Assembly: GCA_043744495.1 (NCBI GenBank)
Contig: JAYTUN010000139.1
Location: forward strand, 1 to 58,329
Origin: Ignavibacteria bacterium
Lineage (GTDB): Bacteria; Bacteroidota; Ignavibacteria; Tepidaquicellales; OLB5
Length of the DNA: 58,329 bases
Direction: 5' to 3'
Part shown: one piece after another, positions 44,873-53,759 of the stretch
Layout: each line of letters begins with the position of its first letter
How positions within the stretch are numbered: position 1 is the first letter of the stretch
Translations under genes and position numbers: made by a program
The notes under the pieces: model-generated
The model's database searches: none
What the model saw: only the letters and a program-made list of their open reading frames with translations
What the model was told of the DNA's origin: nothing

Positions 44873-46333
44873 ATGAAAAAATTATTTCTTATATTACTAA
44901 TTACTAATTGTTCGTTATTAATTGCCCAGTGGCAGCCGGATGTTCGGCTAACCAATGACCCTGCTCCTTCTCATACTTCTTTCAATAATGCATGGTGTAT
45001 AGCAGCAAGCGGAAATGTTGTGCATGTGGTATGGAATGACGAACGTGATGGGAACAAGGAGATATATTACAAACGCTCAACAGACGGAGGTGTAAGCTGG
45101 GGAGCAGATACGCGGCTAATGAATAACACTGCTTTGTCAGAGTTTCCTTCTGTATCAGTATCAGGTTCAGTTGTGCATGTGGTATGGAATGACTTTCGTG
45201 ATGGGAACCATGAGATATACTACAAGCGCTCAACAGATGGAGGAACAAGCTGGGGAGCAGATACACGGCTAACGAATGCCACTGGTACTTCATCGAAATC
45301 TTCTGTCGCAGTATCCGGTTCCGCTGTGCATGTAGTATGGCGGGACGATCGTGATGGGAACGAAGAGATATACTACAAACGCTCAACAGATGGAGGAACA
45401 AGCTGGGGAGCAGATACACGGCTAACGATTAACGCTGCTCTTTCATACAGTTCTTCTGTCGCAGTATCCGGTACAGTAGTGCATGTAGTATGGTATGACC
45501 AGCGTGATGGAAACTTTGAGATATACTACAAACGCTCAACAGATGGAGGAATAAGTTGGGGTGCAGATACACGGCTAACGAATAACACTGCTAATTCAGC
45601 GTTTCCTTCTGTCGCAGTATCCGGTCAAGTTGTGCATGTAATATGGATGGACGAGCGTGATGGGTTCAATAACTATGAGATATATTATAAACGCTCGACA
45701 GACGGAGGGACAAGCTGGGGCGCAGATACGCGGCTAACGAATGACCCTGCTCCTTCATGGAGGCCCTCTGTCGCAGTATCCGGTACAGTTGTGCATATAG
45801 TATGGCTGGACTATCGTGATGTGAACTATGAGATATATTATAAACGCTCAACAGACGGAGGCGTAAACTGGGGAGCAGATACACGGCTAACGAATGCCCC
45901 TGAAAATTCATTGTATGCTTCTGTATCAGTATCAGGTTCAGCTGTGCATGTTGTATGGGAGGACGCGCGTGATGGTGGTTATGAAGAGATATATTATAAA
46001 CGCGACCCAACCGGCAATCCTGTTGGAATAATAAACATTAATTCGGAAATCCCGAATCAATTTTCGCTTTTGCAAAACTACCCTAACCCGTTCAACCCAA
46101 GCACAAAGATACAGTTTGCATTGCCAAAGAGTTCGTTTGCAAAGGTTGTTGTTTATGATATGCTCGGCAAAGAAATAGAAACGATAGTGAACGAGCAGTT
46201 AAACGCGGGTACTTACGAAGCAGACTTTCCTGCCCCTTCGGGGGACGGTAGTAAATTATCAAGCGGGGTTTATTATTATAAGCTCACGGCAGGGGTTTAT
46301 TCGGAGACAAAGAAAATGGTTTTGATGAAATAG
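44873..46333 (+). CDS. BNR/Asp-box (sialidase-like) beta-propeller protein with T9SS C-terminal sorting domain
   Basis: Eight repeats of EIYYKRSTDGG.SWGADTRLTN (Asp-box SxDxGxSW). I prefer the ATG at 44873 after gagga. The tail is nearly identical to that of 43343..44725. Confidence 0.8.
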   Translation: MKKLFLILLITNCSLLIAQWQPDVRLTNDPAPSHTSFNNAWCIAASGNVVHVVWNDERDGNKEIYYKRSTDGGVSWGADTRLMNNTALSEFPSVSVSGSVVHVVWNDFRDGNHEIYYKRSTDGGTSWGADTRLTNATGTSSKSSVAVSGSAVHVVWRDDRDGNEEIYYKRSTDGGTSWGADTRLTINAALSYSSSVAVSGTVVHVVWYDQRDGNFEIYYKRSTDGGISWGADTRLTNNTANSAFPSVAVSGQVVHVIWMDERDGFNNYEIYYKRSTDGGTSWGADTRLTNDPAPSWRPSVAVSGTVVHIVWLDYRDVNYEIYYKRSTDGGVNWGADTRLTNAPENSLYASVSVSGSAVHVVWEDARDGGYEEIYYKRDPTGNPVGIININSEIPNQFSLLQNYPNPFNPSTKIQFALPKSSFAKVVVYDMLGKEIETIVNEQLNAGTYEADFPAPSGDGSKLSSGVYYYKLTAGVYSETKKMVLMK

Positions 46334-46364
46334 AATTTATAGAAGATGTTAATTGATGTGATCT

Positions 46365-46400
46365 ATGGAAACTCTGTTCAACAGAGTTTCCATTTTTTTA
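46365..46400 (+). terminator. Rho-independent terminator
   Basis: Perfect 14-bp stem atggaaactctgtt / aacagagtttccat, 2-nt loop, then tttttt. Confidence 0.8.
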
Positions 46401-46690
46401 TATAATAACACGATAGTCCACAATTTATTTTTTTCATCTTTAATTTGCACAAACAGATTATACGCTATACTTTACAATGAAAGGATAAGAAGGATTTGAA
46501 ACGTGGGTGGAATTGAGGGATAATTAAATAACAAATATCAGTTATTGAAATCTAAGCTAATAATAAACAATATATTAATGATGTTTTAACTTATAGCAAA
46601 TGTACAGTAAACAGCTAAAGCTCTCTACCTTGCTTCATATTGTAAAAACAGCTATATTTGTGTGATAATTAATGTTTATGATTTGAAGAT

Positions 46691-46714
46691 GACGCTCCTA
46701 AAAGCGTCTTTTTT
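46691..46714 (+). terminator. Small hairpin plus T-run with no ORF upstream
   Basis: gacgct-cctaaa-agcgtc followed by tttttt. Confidence 0.45.
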
Positions 46715-46723
46715 ATTCTATAG

Positions 46724-46772
46724 ACCCCACCCATCCCGCTTTGCGGGATTGCCCTCCCCAAAGGAGAGGGCG
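46724..46772. repeat. Family B-like GC-rich hairpin repeat, intergenic
   Basis: accccacccatcccgctttgcgggattgccctccccaaaggagagggcg. Confidence 0.6.
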
Positions 46773-46950
46773 AAAAACGGATAAAATTATCAATTTGTAA
46801 TGCGGGATTAAAAGAGTGTAAACATTAATATTGAAGGATTTTTGAGGTAAATTTTATTTTAAAACCGAATCCTTCGCTTTACATCTGCTAAAGCAGATGC
46901 TTATTCAGGATTAAAAAAATTAAACAATAATATATTATGAGGCTTAGCAA

Positions 46951-48243
46951 ATGAAATCTGAGATAGTTGAATCCTTTTCACAGATGGTGAAGGAAAAAAA
47001 AATCGATAGAGACCTGCTTGAGAGTATAATCAAGGAAGTTTTCGGGATGATGATAAAGAAAAAATACGGACAGAATGCGAATTATGACGTAATTGTAAAT
47101 ATGGATAAGGGCGATATCGAAATGTACCTCTCAAAAGCCGTAGTAGAGGCGGTTACCGATTCTGAAACAGAGATCACTCTCGAAGAGGCTAATGAGCGCT
47201 CAGGTGAAGAGCTTGAAATTGGCGATGATTTTACCGAAGTGCTTGATTACGTTACATTCGGCAGAAGGCATATTGTGAACCTGAAACAGAACCTGAACCA
47301 GAAAATACGCGAAGTTGAAAAAGAGATAATATATAATGATTACAAAGATCTTGTTGGCGAAATAGTTGTTGGCGAAATATACCAGATAAAGCCCCACAGT
47401 ATTTTGCTTATCCACAACGGGCACGAAATACAGTTTCCCAAGGGCGAGCAGATACCGAAGGAAAGATACAAGAAGGGCGAATCATTAAGAGTTTACATTA
47501 AGGAAGTATCCAAGAAATCCGCGGGTCCGCCTTCAATAATAGTATCACGCGCTGCGGATGAATTCCTTAAGAAATTATTTGAGCTTGAAATTCCCGAAAT
47601 ATATGACGGAGTAATTGATATAAAAGGAATTGCCCGCGAGCCCGGCGAAAGAGCCAAGGTTGCGGTTTATTCATACGATGACAGAATTGATGCAGTTGGC
47701 GCATGCGTTGGAATGAAAGGTATCAGGATACACTCCATAGTACGCGAGCTTGCCAATGAAAATATTGACGTGATAAATTTCAGCGAGGATATTGGATTAT
47801 ATATAGCAAGAGCACTTGCCCCTGCAAAGTTAAAGGATATTTATCTTGATAAAGCCAATAAAGTTGCGAAGATAGTTGCGGATGAAGACCAAATATCGCT
47901 TGTAATAGGAAAGAACGGACAGAACATAAAACTTGCAAGCAAGCTGACCGATTATGAAATTGATGTTGAGCGCAACAGCGGCAGACCTAAGGATATTGAA
48001 GAAGCATTAGAGCGCGAGCTTGAACGCGAAGCTGAGGAAGCCGAAGATGAAGAGTTAAATGAGGCGGAGGATTCAGCGGAAAGTGAAGATGAAAACATCC
48101 CTGAACTTCCGAAGGATCTAAAAGATAAAGACCTTCCGGAAGAAGCAGATGTTGAAGAAGATGATGAAAAAGAAGATGATGATGAAGGCGAAGAAGAAGA
48201 TAACAAGGGCAACAAAAAAGTGACTGAGGATAATAACAAATAA
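46951..48243 (+). CDS. nusA: Transcription termination/antitermination factor NusA with acidic C-terminal tail
   Basis: N-terminal domain, S1 (GEIVVGEIYQIKPHSILL), and two KH domains (VGACVGMKGIRIHSIVREL; VIGKNGQNIKLASKL). About 85 aa of D/E-rich tail. Confidence 0.9.
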   Translation: MKSEIVESFSQMVKEKKIDRDLLESIIKEVFGMMIKKKYGQNANYDVIVNMDKGDIEMYLSKAVVEAVTDSETEITLEEANERSGEELEIGDDFTEVLDYVTFGRRHIVNLKQNLNQKIREVEKEIIYNDYKDLVGEIVVGEIYQIKPHSILLIHNGHEIQFPKGEQIPKERYKKGESLRVYIKEVSKKSAGPPSIIVSRAADEFLKKLFELEIPEIYDGVIDIKGIAREPGERAKVAVYSYDDRIDAVGACVGMKGIRIHSIVRELANENIDVINFSEDIGLYIARALAPAKLKDIYLDKANKVAKIVADEDQISLVIGKNGQNIKLASKLTDYEIDVERNSGRPKDIEEALERELEREAEEAEDEELNEAEDSAESEDENIPELPKDLKDKDLPEEADVEEDDEKEDDDEGEEEDNKGNKKVTEDNNK

Positions 48244-48333
48244 ACGCGGCAGCTCCACATCCGCTCATAAAAGTAATAACAGAAGTTGTCAGATCATAAG
48301 CGATCAAAATTTCAATAAGGTAAAATAAATTTA

Positions 48334-51300
48334 ATGCCCGAAACAACAAACATAGCTTCAAAAGGGATACAGATATCCAGGATTGCCAAGGAAGTTAACA
48401 GGCAGTCAAGCGAAATACTTGAATATCTTAAGCGCATAGGCGTAGAGGTAGGCGGAGTTATGTCCAAAGTTGATGACGCGGCATACCATAAAGTTTTAGG
48501 GCATTTTAAGAGCGATGTAGAAGAAGCCGAAAAGCATAAACAGAAACTGGTAGAGTTCAAGAAAAAGCATAAAGGGATAGAAATTGCCGAAATTGAAGAC
48601 GAGCTAAAGAAGGAAAAGGAAAAGAAGCTAAAGGAAGAAGAGGAAAAGCAGAAGAAAAGAGATGAAGATGATAAAATTAAGCACGAGCGTGAATCACGGT
48701 TAGGAAAAGACCTTGAAGAAAAACGCAAGCTGATAAAGGAAAAAGAAACAGAGCTTGAAGCGCAGAAGCAAAAAGAAATTGAGGATAAGAAAAAAGTTGA
48801 GCTTGAGGTGCTAAAACCAAAACCGGTTGAAGTAACTAAGCCGAAAATTGCAAAGCCGGAAATTAAAGAAGATAAAAAAGCACCCGAAGCAAAGAAATCT
48901 GATGCAAAGAAACCCGAAATAAAAAAACCTGAATCAAAAAATACAGAAGTAAAAAAACCGGAAGTAAAAGCAGGTGATACAAGACCTCCATACACAAAAC
49001 CTCCATTCAATAAATCTAACGGAACACAAAAGCCGGGTGAGTTTAAGCCGAAAAGACACGATGACAGATATGGCAGACAGGGCGGAGGCTATAAAGGAAA
49101 AACTCCGGGCACAGGTACGAGCACAGGAACGAGCACAGGAACGGGATCAACCGGATTTAAAAAGCCGGGTGGAGGATATCAGGGCAGGAAAACAGGCGGA
49201 ACATTTGAGCGCGTTACTATAAAAGATGATTTCCGCAAGAATAAAAAACCTACTCCTGGCCAGAAGCCGTTCTTCAAAAAACCGTTCACTTCACGTGAAG
49301 ATGAAAAGAAAAAGGATGATAAGGCAAGAGAGACCAAGCCGGCAGCAGAAAGCGCTGATGTACTTGCAAAGAAACGTGATTTTGATAAGAGTCTAAAATC
49401 AAAGAAACAGAAATATCAAGATGGCGCAGAGGCTAAGAAAAAGAAGAAGCTTGCCGATGAGGAGGTAACCGCGGAAATTGAAGAAGCGATTCGCGAAACT
49501 ATGGCTAAGATGGACGAAACAGGCACATCTACGGCAAGGCAGCAGCTAAGAAGAAGAAAAAGGAAAGAGCGTTTAGAGCAGGAGCTAAAAGAAGCCGAAG
49601 AGAACCTGGCTCGCGCTAATATTATACAGGTTACGGAATTTATTTCAACTTCAGAGCTTGCGACATTGATGGGTATTGAAGTGAGCGAGCTTATACAGAA
49701 ATGTTTTGAGCTTGGCATGATGATAACAATTAACCAGAGGCTTGATAAAGATCTAATCACTTTGCTTGCTGATGAGTTTGGATTTAAAATTGAGTTCCAG
49801 AAAGAATATGCAGTTGATGCTCTTGTAGATATTGAAGAAGATGAAACAAAGCTTATTCACAGGCCGCCCGTTGTTACCATTATGGGTCATGTTGATCATG
49901 GAAAAACATCATTGCTTGATTATATCCGCAAAGCCACCGTGGTAGCGGGTGAAGCAGGCGGAATAACTCAGCATATTGGCGCATACCAGGTTAAACTTGA
50001 TGACGGAAGATACATTTCATTTTTAGATACACCGGGACATGAAGCGTTTACAGCCATGAGAGCACGCGGCGCTCAGATAACAGATATTGTTGTATTGGTT
50101 GTTGCCGCTGATGACAGCGTAATGCCTCAGACAATAGAGGCTATTAATCACGCGCTTGCAGCAAACGTGCCAATTGTAGTTGCGATAAATAAAATTGATA
50201 AGCCTAGTGCAGACCCCCTGAAAATTAAAACACAGCTTTCTGAAAAAGGCGTGCTTGTTGAAGAGTGGGGCGGCAAATACCAGTCTGTTGAAATATCAGC
50301 TAAAGCCGGAACGAACATAGAACAGTTACTTGAGAAAATTTTAGTAGAAGCTGAAGTACTTGACCTGAAAGCTAACCCCGATAGGAATGCAAGGGGCGCA
50401 GTTGTTGAAGCCAAGCTTGATAAAGGCAAAGGCATTACGGCAACAGTGCTAGTGCAAAAAGGAACGCTTAAACTGGGCGACGCTTTTGTAGCCGGAAACT
50501 TTAACGGCAGGATTAAGGCGATGTATGATGAACGCGGACACAAGCTTGCCATTGCAAAGCCCTCGGCTCCCGTGCAGGTGCTTGGTTTTGACGGTATGCC
50601 GCAGGCAGGCGATGTGCTTGTTGTTATGGATACCGAAAGAGAAGCAAGGGTTATTGCACTTAAGCGACAGCAGCTTAAACGCGAGCAGGATTTCCGCCAG
50701 GTTAGATTTATTACACTTGATGATATATCCAAGCAGATAAAAGAAGGCAAACAGGTTGATCTTAACGTTATCATAAAAGGCGATGTTGACGGATCAGTTG
50801 AAGCGCTTTCGGATTCATTATTAAAGCTTGGGACAAGCGAAGTAAAAGTAAGCATAATTCATAAAGCAATCGGAGAAATAACCGAATACGATGTATTATT
50901 AGCTGCAGCATCAAGCGCAATTATAGTAGGCTTTAATGTGAGACCTAACTTAAAAGCGCGCAAGCTTGCTGAGGCTGAAAAAGTTGATATAAGGCTTCAC
51001 AATATTATATATGATGTTATTAACGAGATTAAGCTTGCCCTTGAGGGTCTGCTTGAACCGGAGAAAACAGAAGAAGTACTTGCTACTGTTGAGGTAAGGG
51101 AAATATTCAAGGTTCCTAAGATCGGAACGGTTGCCGGATGTTATGTACTTGACGGCAAGGTTGTGAGGAACAATAAGGTCAGATTGCTGCGCGATGGATT
51201 TGTAGTGTTCGATGGTCATATAAACGCGCTTAAGAGATTTAAAGATGATGTTAGAGAAGTTGAACAGGGATTTGAATGCGGCATGAGCCTTGAGAATTTT

Positions 51301-51375
51301 AATGATATTAAGGTCAGCGATATTATTGAGTCATATACAATTGTTGAAACAAAGAGAAAGCTGGAGCAGAAGTAA
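48334..51375 (+). CDS. infB: Translation initiation factor IF-2 with long K/E-rich N-terminal region
   Basis: G-domain motifs GHVDHGKTSLLD, DTPGHEAF, NKID. The C-terminal domains are collinear with IF-2. Confidence 0.95.
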   Translation: MPETTNIASKGIQISRIAKEVNRQSSEILEYLKRIGVEVGGVMSKVDDAAYHKVLGHFKSDVEEAEKHKQKLVEFKKKHKGIEIAEIEDELKKEKEKKLKEEEEKQKKRDEDDKIKHERESRLGKDLEEKRKLIKEKETELEAQKQKEIEDKKKVELEVLKPKPVEVTKPKIAKPEIKEDKKAPEAKKSDAKKPEIKKPESKNTEVKKPEVKAGDTRPPYTKPPFNKSNGTQKPGEFKPKRHDDRYGRQGGGYKGKTPGTGTSTGTSTGTGSTGFKKPGGGYQGRKTGGTFERVTIKDDFRKNKKPTPGQKPFFKKPFTSREDEKKKDDKARETKPAAESADVLAKKRDFDKSLKSKKQKYQDGAEAKKKKKLADEEVTAEIEEAIRETMAKMDETGTSTARQQLRRRKRKERLEQELKEAEENLARANIIQVTEFISTSELATLMGIEVSELIQKCFELGMMITINQRLDKDLITLLADEFGFKIEFQKEYAVDALVDIEEDETKLIHRPPVVTIMGHVDHGKTSLLDYIRKATVVAGEAGGITQHIGAYQVKLDDGRYISFLDTPGHEAFTAMRARGAQITDIVVLVVAADDSVMPQTIEAINHALAANVPIVVAINKIDKPSADPLKIKTQLSEKGVLVEEWGGKYQSVEISAKAGTNIEQLLEKILVEAEVLDLKANPDRNARGAVVEAKLDKGKGITATVLVQKGTLKLGDAFVAGNFNGRIKAMYDERGHKLAIAKPSAPVQVLGFDGMPQAGDVLVVMDTEREARVIALKRQQLKREQDFRQVRFITLDDISKQIKEGKQVDLNVIIKGDVDGSVEALSDSLLKLGTSEVKVSIIHKAIGEITEYDVLLAAASSAIIVGFNVRPNLKARKLAEAEKVDIRLHNIIYDVINEIKLALEGLLEPEKTEEVLATVEVREIFKVPKIGTVAGCYVLDGKVVRNNKVRLLRDGFVVFDGHINALKRFKDDVREVEQGFECGMSLENFNDIKVSDIIESYTIVETKRKLEQK

Positions 51376-51384
51376 GGAAGTAAA

Positions 51385-51690
51385 TTGCCAAAACTATATG
51401 AATATTTAGGAATTGTTGTTCTGTTTTATTCAAACGAACATAATCCAATTCATGTTCATGGAAATTTCCAAGGAGCAGAGTGCCGAGCCGAGATTATTGT
51501 AGTAGAGGGCAAAATAATAAAAATAATATTTAAAGAAGTTAAAGGTAAAAAACAGTTACCTTCAACAAAATTAACAGCATTCAAAAAACTTGTCAATAAA
51601 TATTCTGAAGATATTGTTAAAAAATGGGTAAATTATTTTGTTTATAATAAACCAATCAAACCTAAAAGAATTACAGAGTTGATCAAATAA
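51385..51690 (+). CDS. DUF4160-like small protein
   Basis: 101 aa. MPKLYEYLGIVVLFYSNEHNPIHVHG matches the DUF4160 signature (MP..., G..i..y..eH.PpH.H). TTG start 9 nt after the infB stop. Confidence 0.7.
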   Translation: MPKLYEYLGIVVLFYSNEHNPIHVHGNFQGAECRAEIIVVEGKIIKIIFKEVKGKKQLPSTKLTAFKKLVNKYSEDIVKKWVNYFVYNKPIKPKRITELIK

Positions 51691-51948
51691 ATGGCCGCAA
51701 AAACCGAAATAATAGAAATAATATCAGCAGAATACTTAAAAGATTTCAAAATAAAGTTGATGTTTAATGATGGGAAGACAAAGACAATAGATTTCGGAAA
51801 CTTTCTTAATAGTTCATTAAACCCCATGATTAAAAAGTATTTAAAGAAGTCCAATTTTCAGAATTTTAAGGTTAAATATGGTGATCTTGTGTGGGGCGAT
51901 TATGAAATGTGTTTCCCTGTTTGGGATCTGCATGAAGGGAATATATAG
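51691..51948 (+). CDS. DUF2442-like small protein
   Basis: 85 aa. I.SAEYLKDFKIKLMFNDGKTKTIDF...DLVWGDYEMCFP fits the DUF2442 pattern. Its ATG abuts the upstream TAA. Confidence 0.65.
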   Translation: MAAKTEIIEIISAEYLKDFKIKLMFNDGKTKTIDFGNFLNSSLNPMIKKYLKKSNFQNFKVKYGDLVWGDYEMCFPVWDLHEGNI

Positions 51949-51995
51949 TTTTTAAATTGAGTATTTATCGATAATTCGTCATAGGTTAAGTAAGC

Positions 51996-52412
51996 ATGTC
52001 AATAAGAACAGAAAAAGTAGCGGAAGAAATAAAGCACCAGCTTGCCTCGATATTAATGAGGGATCTTGCCCAGATCAGCCTTGGGCTGGTAACGGTAACA
52101 AGAGTTAGAATAAGCCGGGACCTGAAGAATGCGAAAGTTTATTTAAGCTTCATAGGCAACAAAGAGCCTGCCGAAGCATGTGTTGAAAAAGTGAACGGCA
52201 GGAAAAAGCAGATCAGGATGCATCTTGGTTCCAATATGCATTTAAGATACGTGCCCGAGCTTGATTTTTATTTTGATGATACAATTGAGTATGCAAGCAG
52301 GATAGACGAAATAATTAAAGAGATACATAAAGATGATGCACCCGGCAGTGATAATGTTACGGATGAAAATACATTAGGTGTTAGCGAACAGAAGAATTTA
52401 AAAGATGAGTAG
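51996..52412 (+). CDS. rbfA: Ribosome-binding factor A
   Basis: RTEKVAEEIKHQLASIL...VTVTRVRISRDLKNAKVYLS. Confidence 0.85.
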   Translation: MSIRTEKVAEEIKHQLASILMRDLAQISLGLVTVTRVRISRDLKNAKVYLSFIGNKEPAEACVEKVNGRKKQIRMHLGSNMHLRYVPELDFYFDDTIEYASRIDEIIKEIHKDDAPGSDNVTDENTLGVSEQKNLKDE

Positions 52413-53118
52413 TGAATCGGCTTTCTGGCAAATGAGCTGGGATGAAAGACATAACCTGGCTAATAAAGAAGGTGTAACATTGCTCTTTGATAAGCCTAAG
52501 GAATACACAAGCGCAAGAGTTGTTAACATTGTGAAGAAATTTCTTGATGTGAATAAAGCAGGACACTCCGGTACGCTTGACCCGAAGGCAACTGGACTAT
52601 TGGTAATATGCACAGGCAAGATGACGAAATCACTTAACGATCTTCTGGGCAGCGATAAAGAATATGAAGGCGTGATGGTAATAGGCGAAAAAACGAAGAG
52701 CTATGACAGCGAAACAGAGATATACGATAAAAAGGATATTGCTCACGTAACACGTGAGATGCTTGAGGCAACTGTAAAGGAGCTATCAGGTGAAATAAGC
52801 CAGATTCCGCCGATGTATTCGGCAATTAAGCATAAGGGTAAGCCGCTATATAAGCTTGCCCGAAAAGGACAGGAGATCGTTCGCGAACCGAGAGTTGTCA
52901 ATATTAAAGAATTTGAGCTGAGTTTGGTAAACGGAAATGAAGTTGCATTCAGAGTTTTATGTTCAAAGGGTACTTATATCAGATCATTAGTAAGCGATTT
53001 TGGCGATAAGCTGAAAACAGGAGCATATTTAAAGGAACTTAGAAGAACAAAAATAGGAGAGCTTGAAATTAAAGACGCTATTAATGTAGAAGATTTTATC
53101 AGTAAAAACAGGAAATAA
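52405..53118 (+). CDS. truB: tRNA pseudouridine-55 synthase
   Basis: GHSGTLDPKATGLLVICTGKMTK. Overlaps the rbfA stop by 8 nt. Confidence 0.9.
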   Translation: MSSESAFWQMSWDERHNLANKEGVTLLFDKPKEYTSARVVNIVKKFLDVNKAGHSGTLDPKATGLLVICTGKMTKSLNDLLGSDKEYEGVMVIGEKTKSYDSETEIYDKKDIAHVTREMLEATVKELSGEISQIPPMYSAIKHKGKPLYKLARKGQEIVREPRVVNIKEFELSLVNGNEVAFRVLCSKGTYIRSLVSDFGDKLKTGAYLKELRRTKIGELEIKDAINVEDFISKNRK

Positions 53119-53131
53119 ATTTTTTTGAAAT

Positions 53132-53377
53132 ATGAGAACACAGGAAAATTCGTTAACAACATATAATAAAATAATTGAGGCTCTTAGCAAGTTTTCCGTA
53201 AACTATAAAGACAAGTTATATAAAAAACTCAAAAGGGTAAGAGTTAGGAAGAATCTTGATAAGATCAGGGTTTTAGCAAAAGATTTTAATATGGGTCTTG
53301 CAGAAATAACAAAAGAAGTTGAATCTGTAAGGAAAAACCGTTATGAAAGCAAAAAAAAGAAGCCGGGTAGTAATTGA
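53132..53377 (+). CDS. Small basic protein, putative antitoxin partner of the PIN protein
   Basis: 81-aa ORF overlapping the PIN ORF by 35 nt. No family recognised. The call rests on position only. Confidence 0.35.
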   Translation: MRTQENSLTTYNKIIEALSKFSVNYKDKLYKKLKRVRVRKNLDKIRVLAKDFNMGLAEITKEVESVRKNRYESKKKKPGSN

Positions 53378-53759
53378 TACGAATATCCCGATCAGCTTTT
53401 TAATTGGTAAAAGCTTTGATGATCTCGATAGAGTATTAGTTCACAATGAATTTACACTATTGTATTCTAAGGAGTTAACAGAGGAAATATTGGAAGTAAT
53501 AGAGCCTCCAAAATTTTCTAAATATTTTGGAAGCAGCTCCGGAACATTAATAAAAACAATTTTTAAAGATTTAGGAGAAGAAATAAATATCAGGTCAAAA
53601 ATAAATGCTTGCAGAGATGGAAAAGATAATTTTCTGCTTGCTTTATGCAGGGATGGGAACGCAGACCTTTTGATAACATCCGACCAGGATCTTCTTGTAT
53701 TGAATAGATTTGAAACAACAGATATAGTTACTTATAAAAAGTTTAAAAACCTGATTTGA
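53343..53759 (+). CDS. PIN-domain protein (PIN_3 / TA-toxin-type)
   Basis: VVIDTNI (Asp1), ELTEE, RDGKDNFLLALC, LITSDQDLL. These are the four acidic positions of a PIN fold. Confidence 0.7.
   Translation: MKAKKRSRVVIDTNIPISFLIGKSFDDLDRVLVHNEFTLLYSKELTEEILEVIEPPKFSKYFGSSSGTLIKTIFKDLGEEINIRSKINACRDGKDNFLLALCRDGNADLLITSDQDLLVLNRFETTDIVTYKKFKNLI

Noticed and set aside
44982-46010. Minus-strand ORFs of 145 and 114 aa with internally repeated sequence
   Set aside because: They mirror the eight Asp-box repeats of the plus-strand gene. The repetition is inherited from the sense strand, so they are not independent genes.
47952-48361. Two minus-strand ORFs (102 and 124 aa) across the nusA 3' end
   Set aside because: They are antisense shadows of the GAA/GAT-rich acidic tail of nusA and give low-complexity poly-Ser/Leu translations.
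48312-49010. 232-aa minus-strand ORF rich in Ser/Phe
   Set aside because: It is the antisense shadow of the K/E-rich low-complexity N-terminal region of infB. It has extreme compositional bias and no motifs.
49100-49150. Short 12-nt tandem repeat (acaggaacgagc) encoding GTSTGTSTGTGS in infB
   Set aside because: It is ordinary low-complexity linker variation in the IF-2 N-terminal region. It may be length-polymorphic but is not a distinct feature.
50148-50855. 235-aa minus-strand ORF inside infB
   Set aside because: It lies fully within the well-supported IF-2 coding region. It is a Ser/Thr/Ala-rich shadow frame with no recognisable domain.
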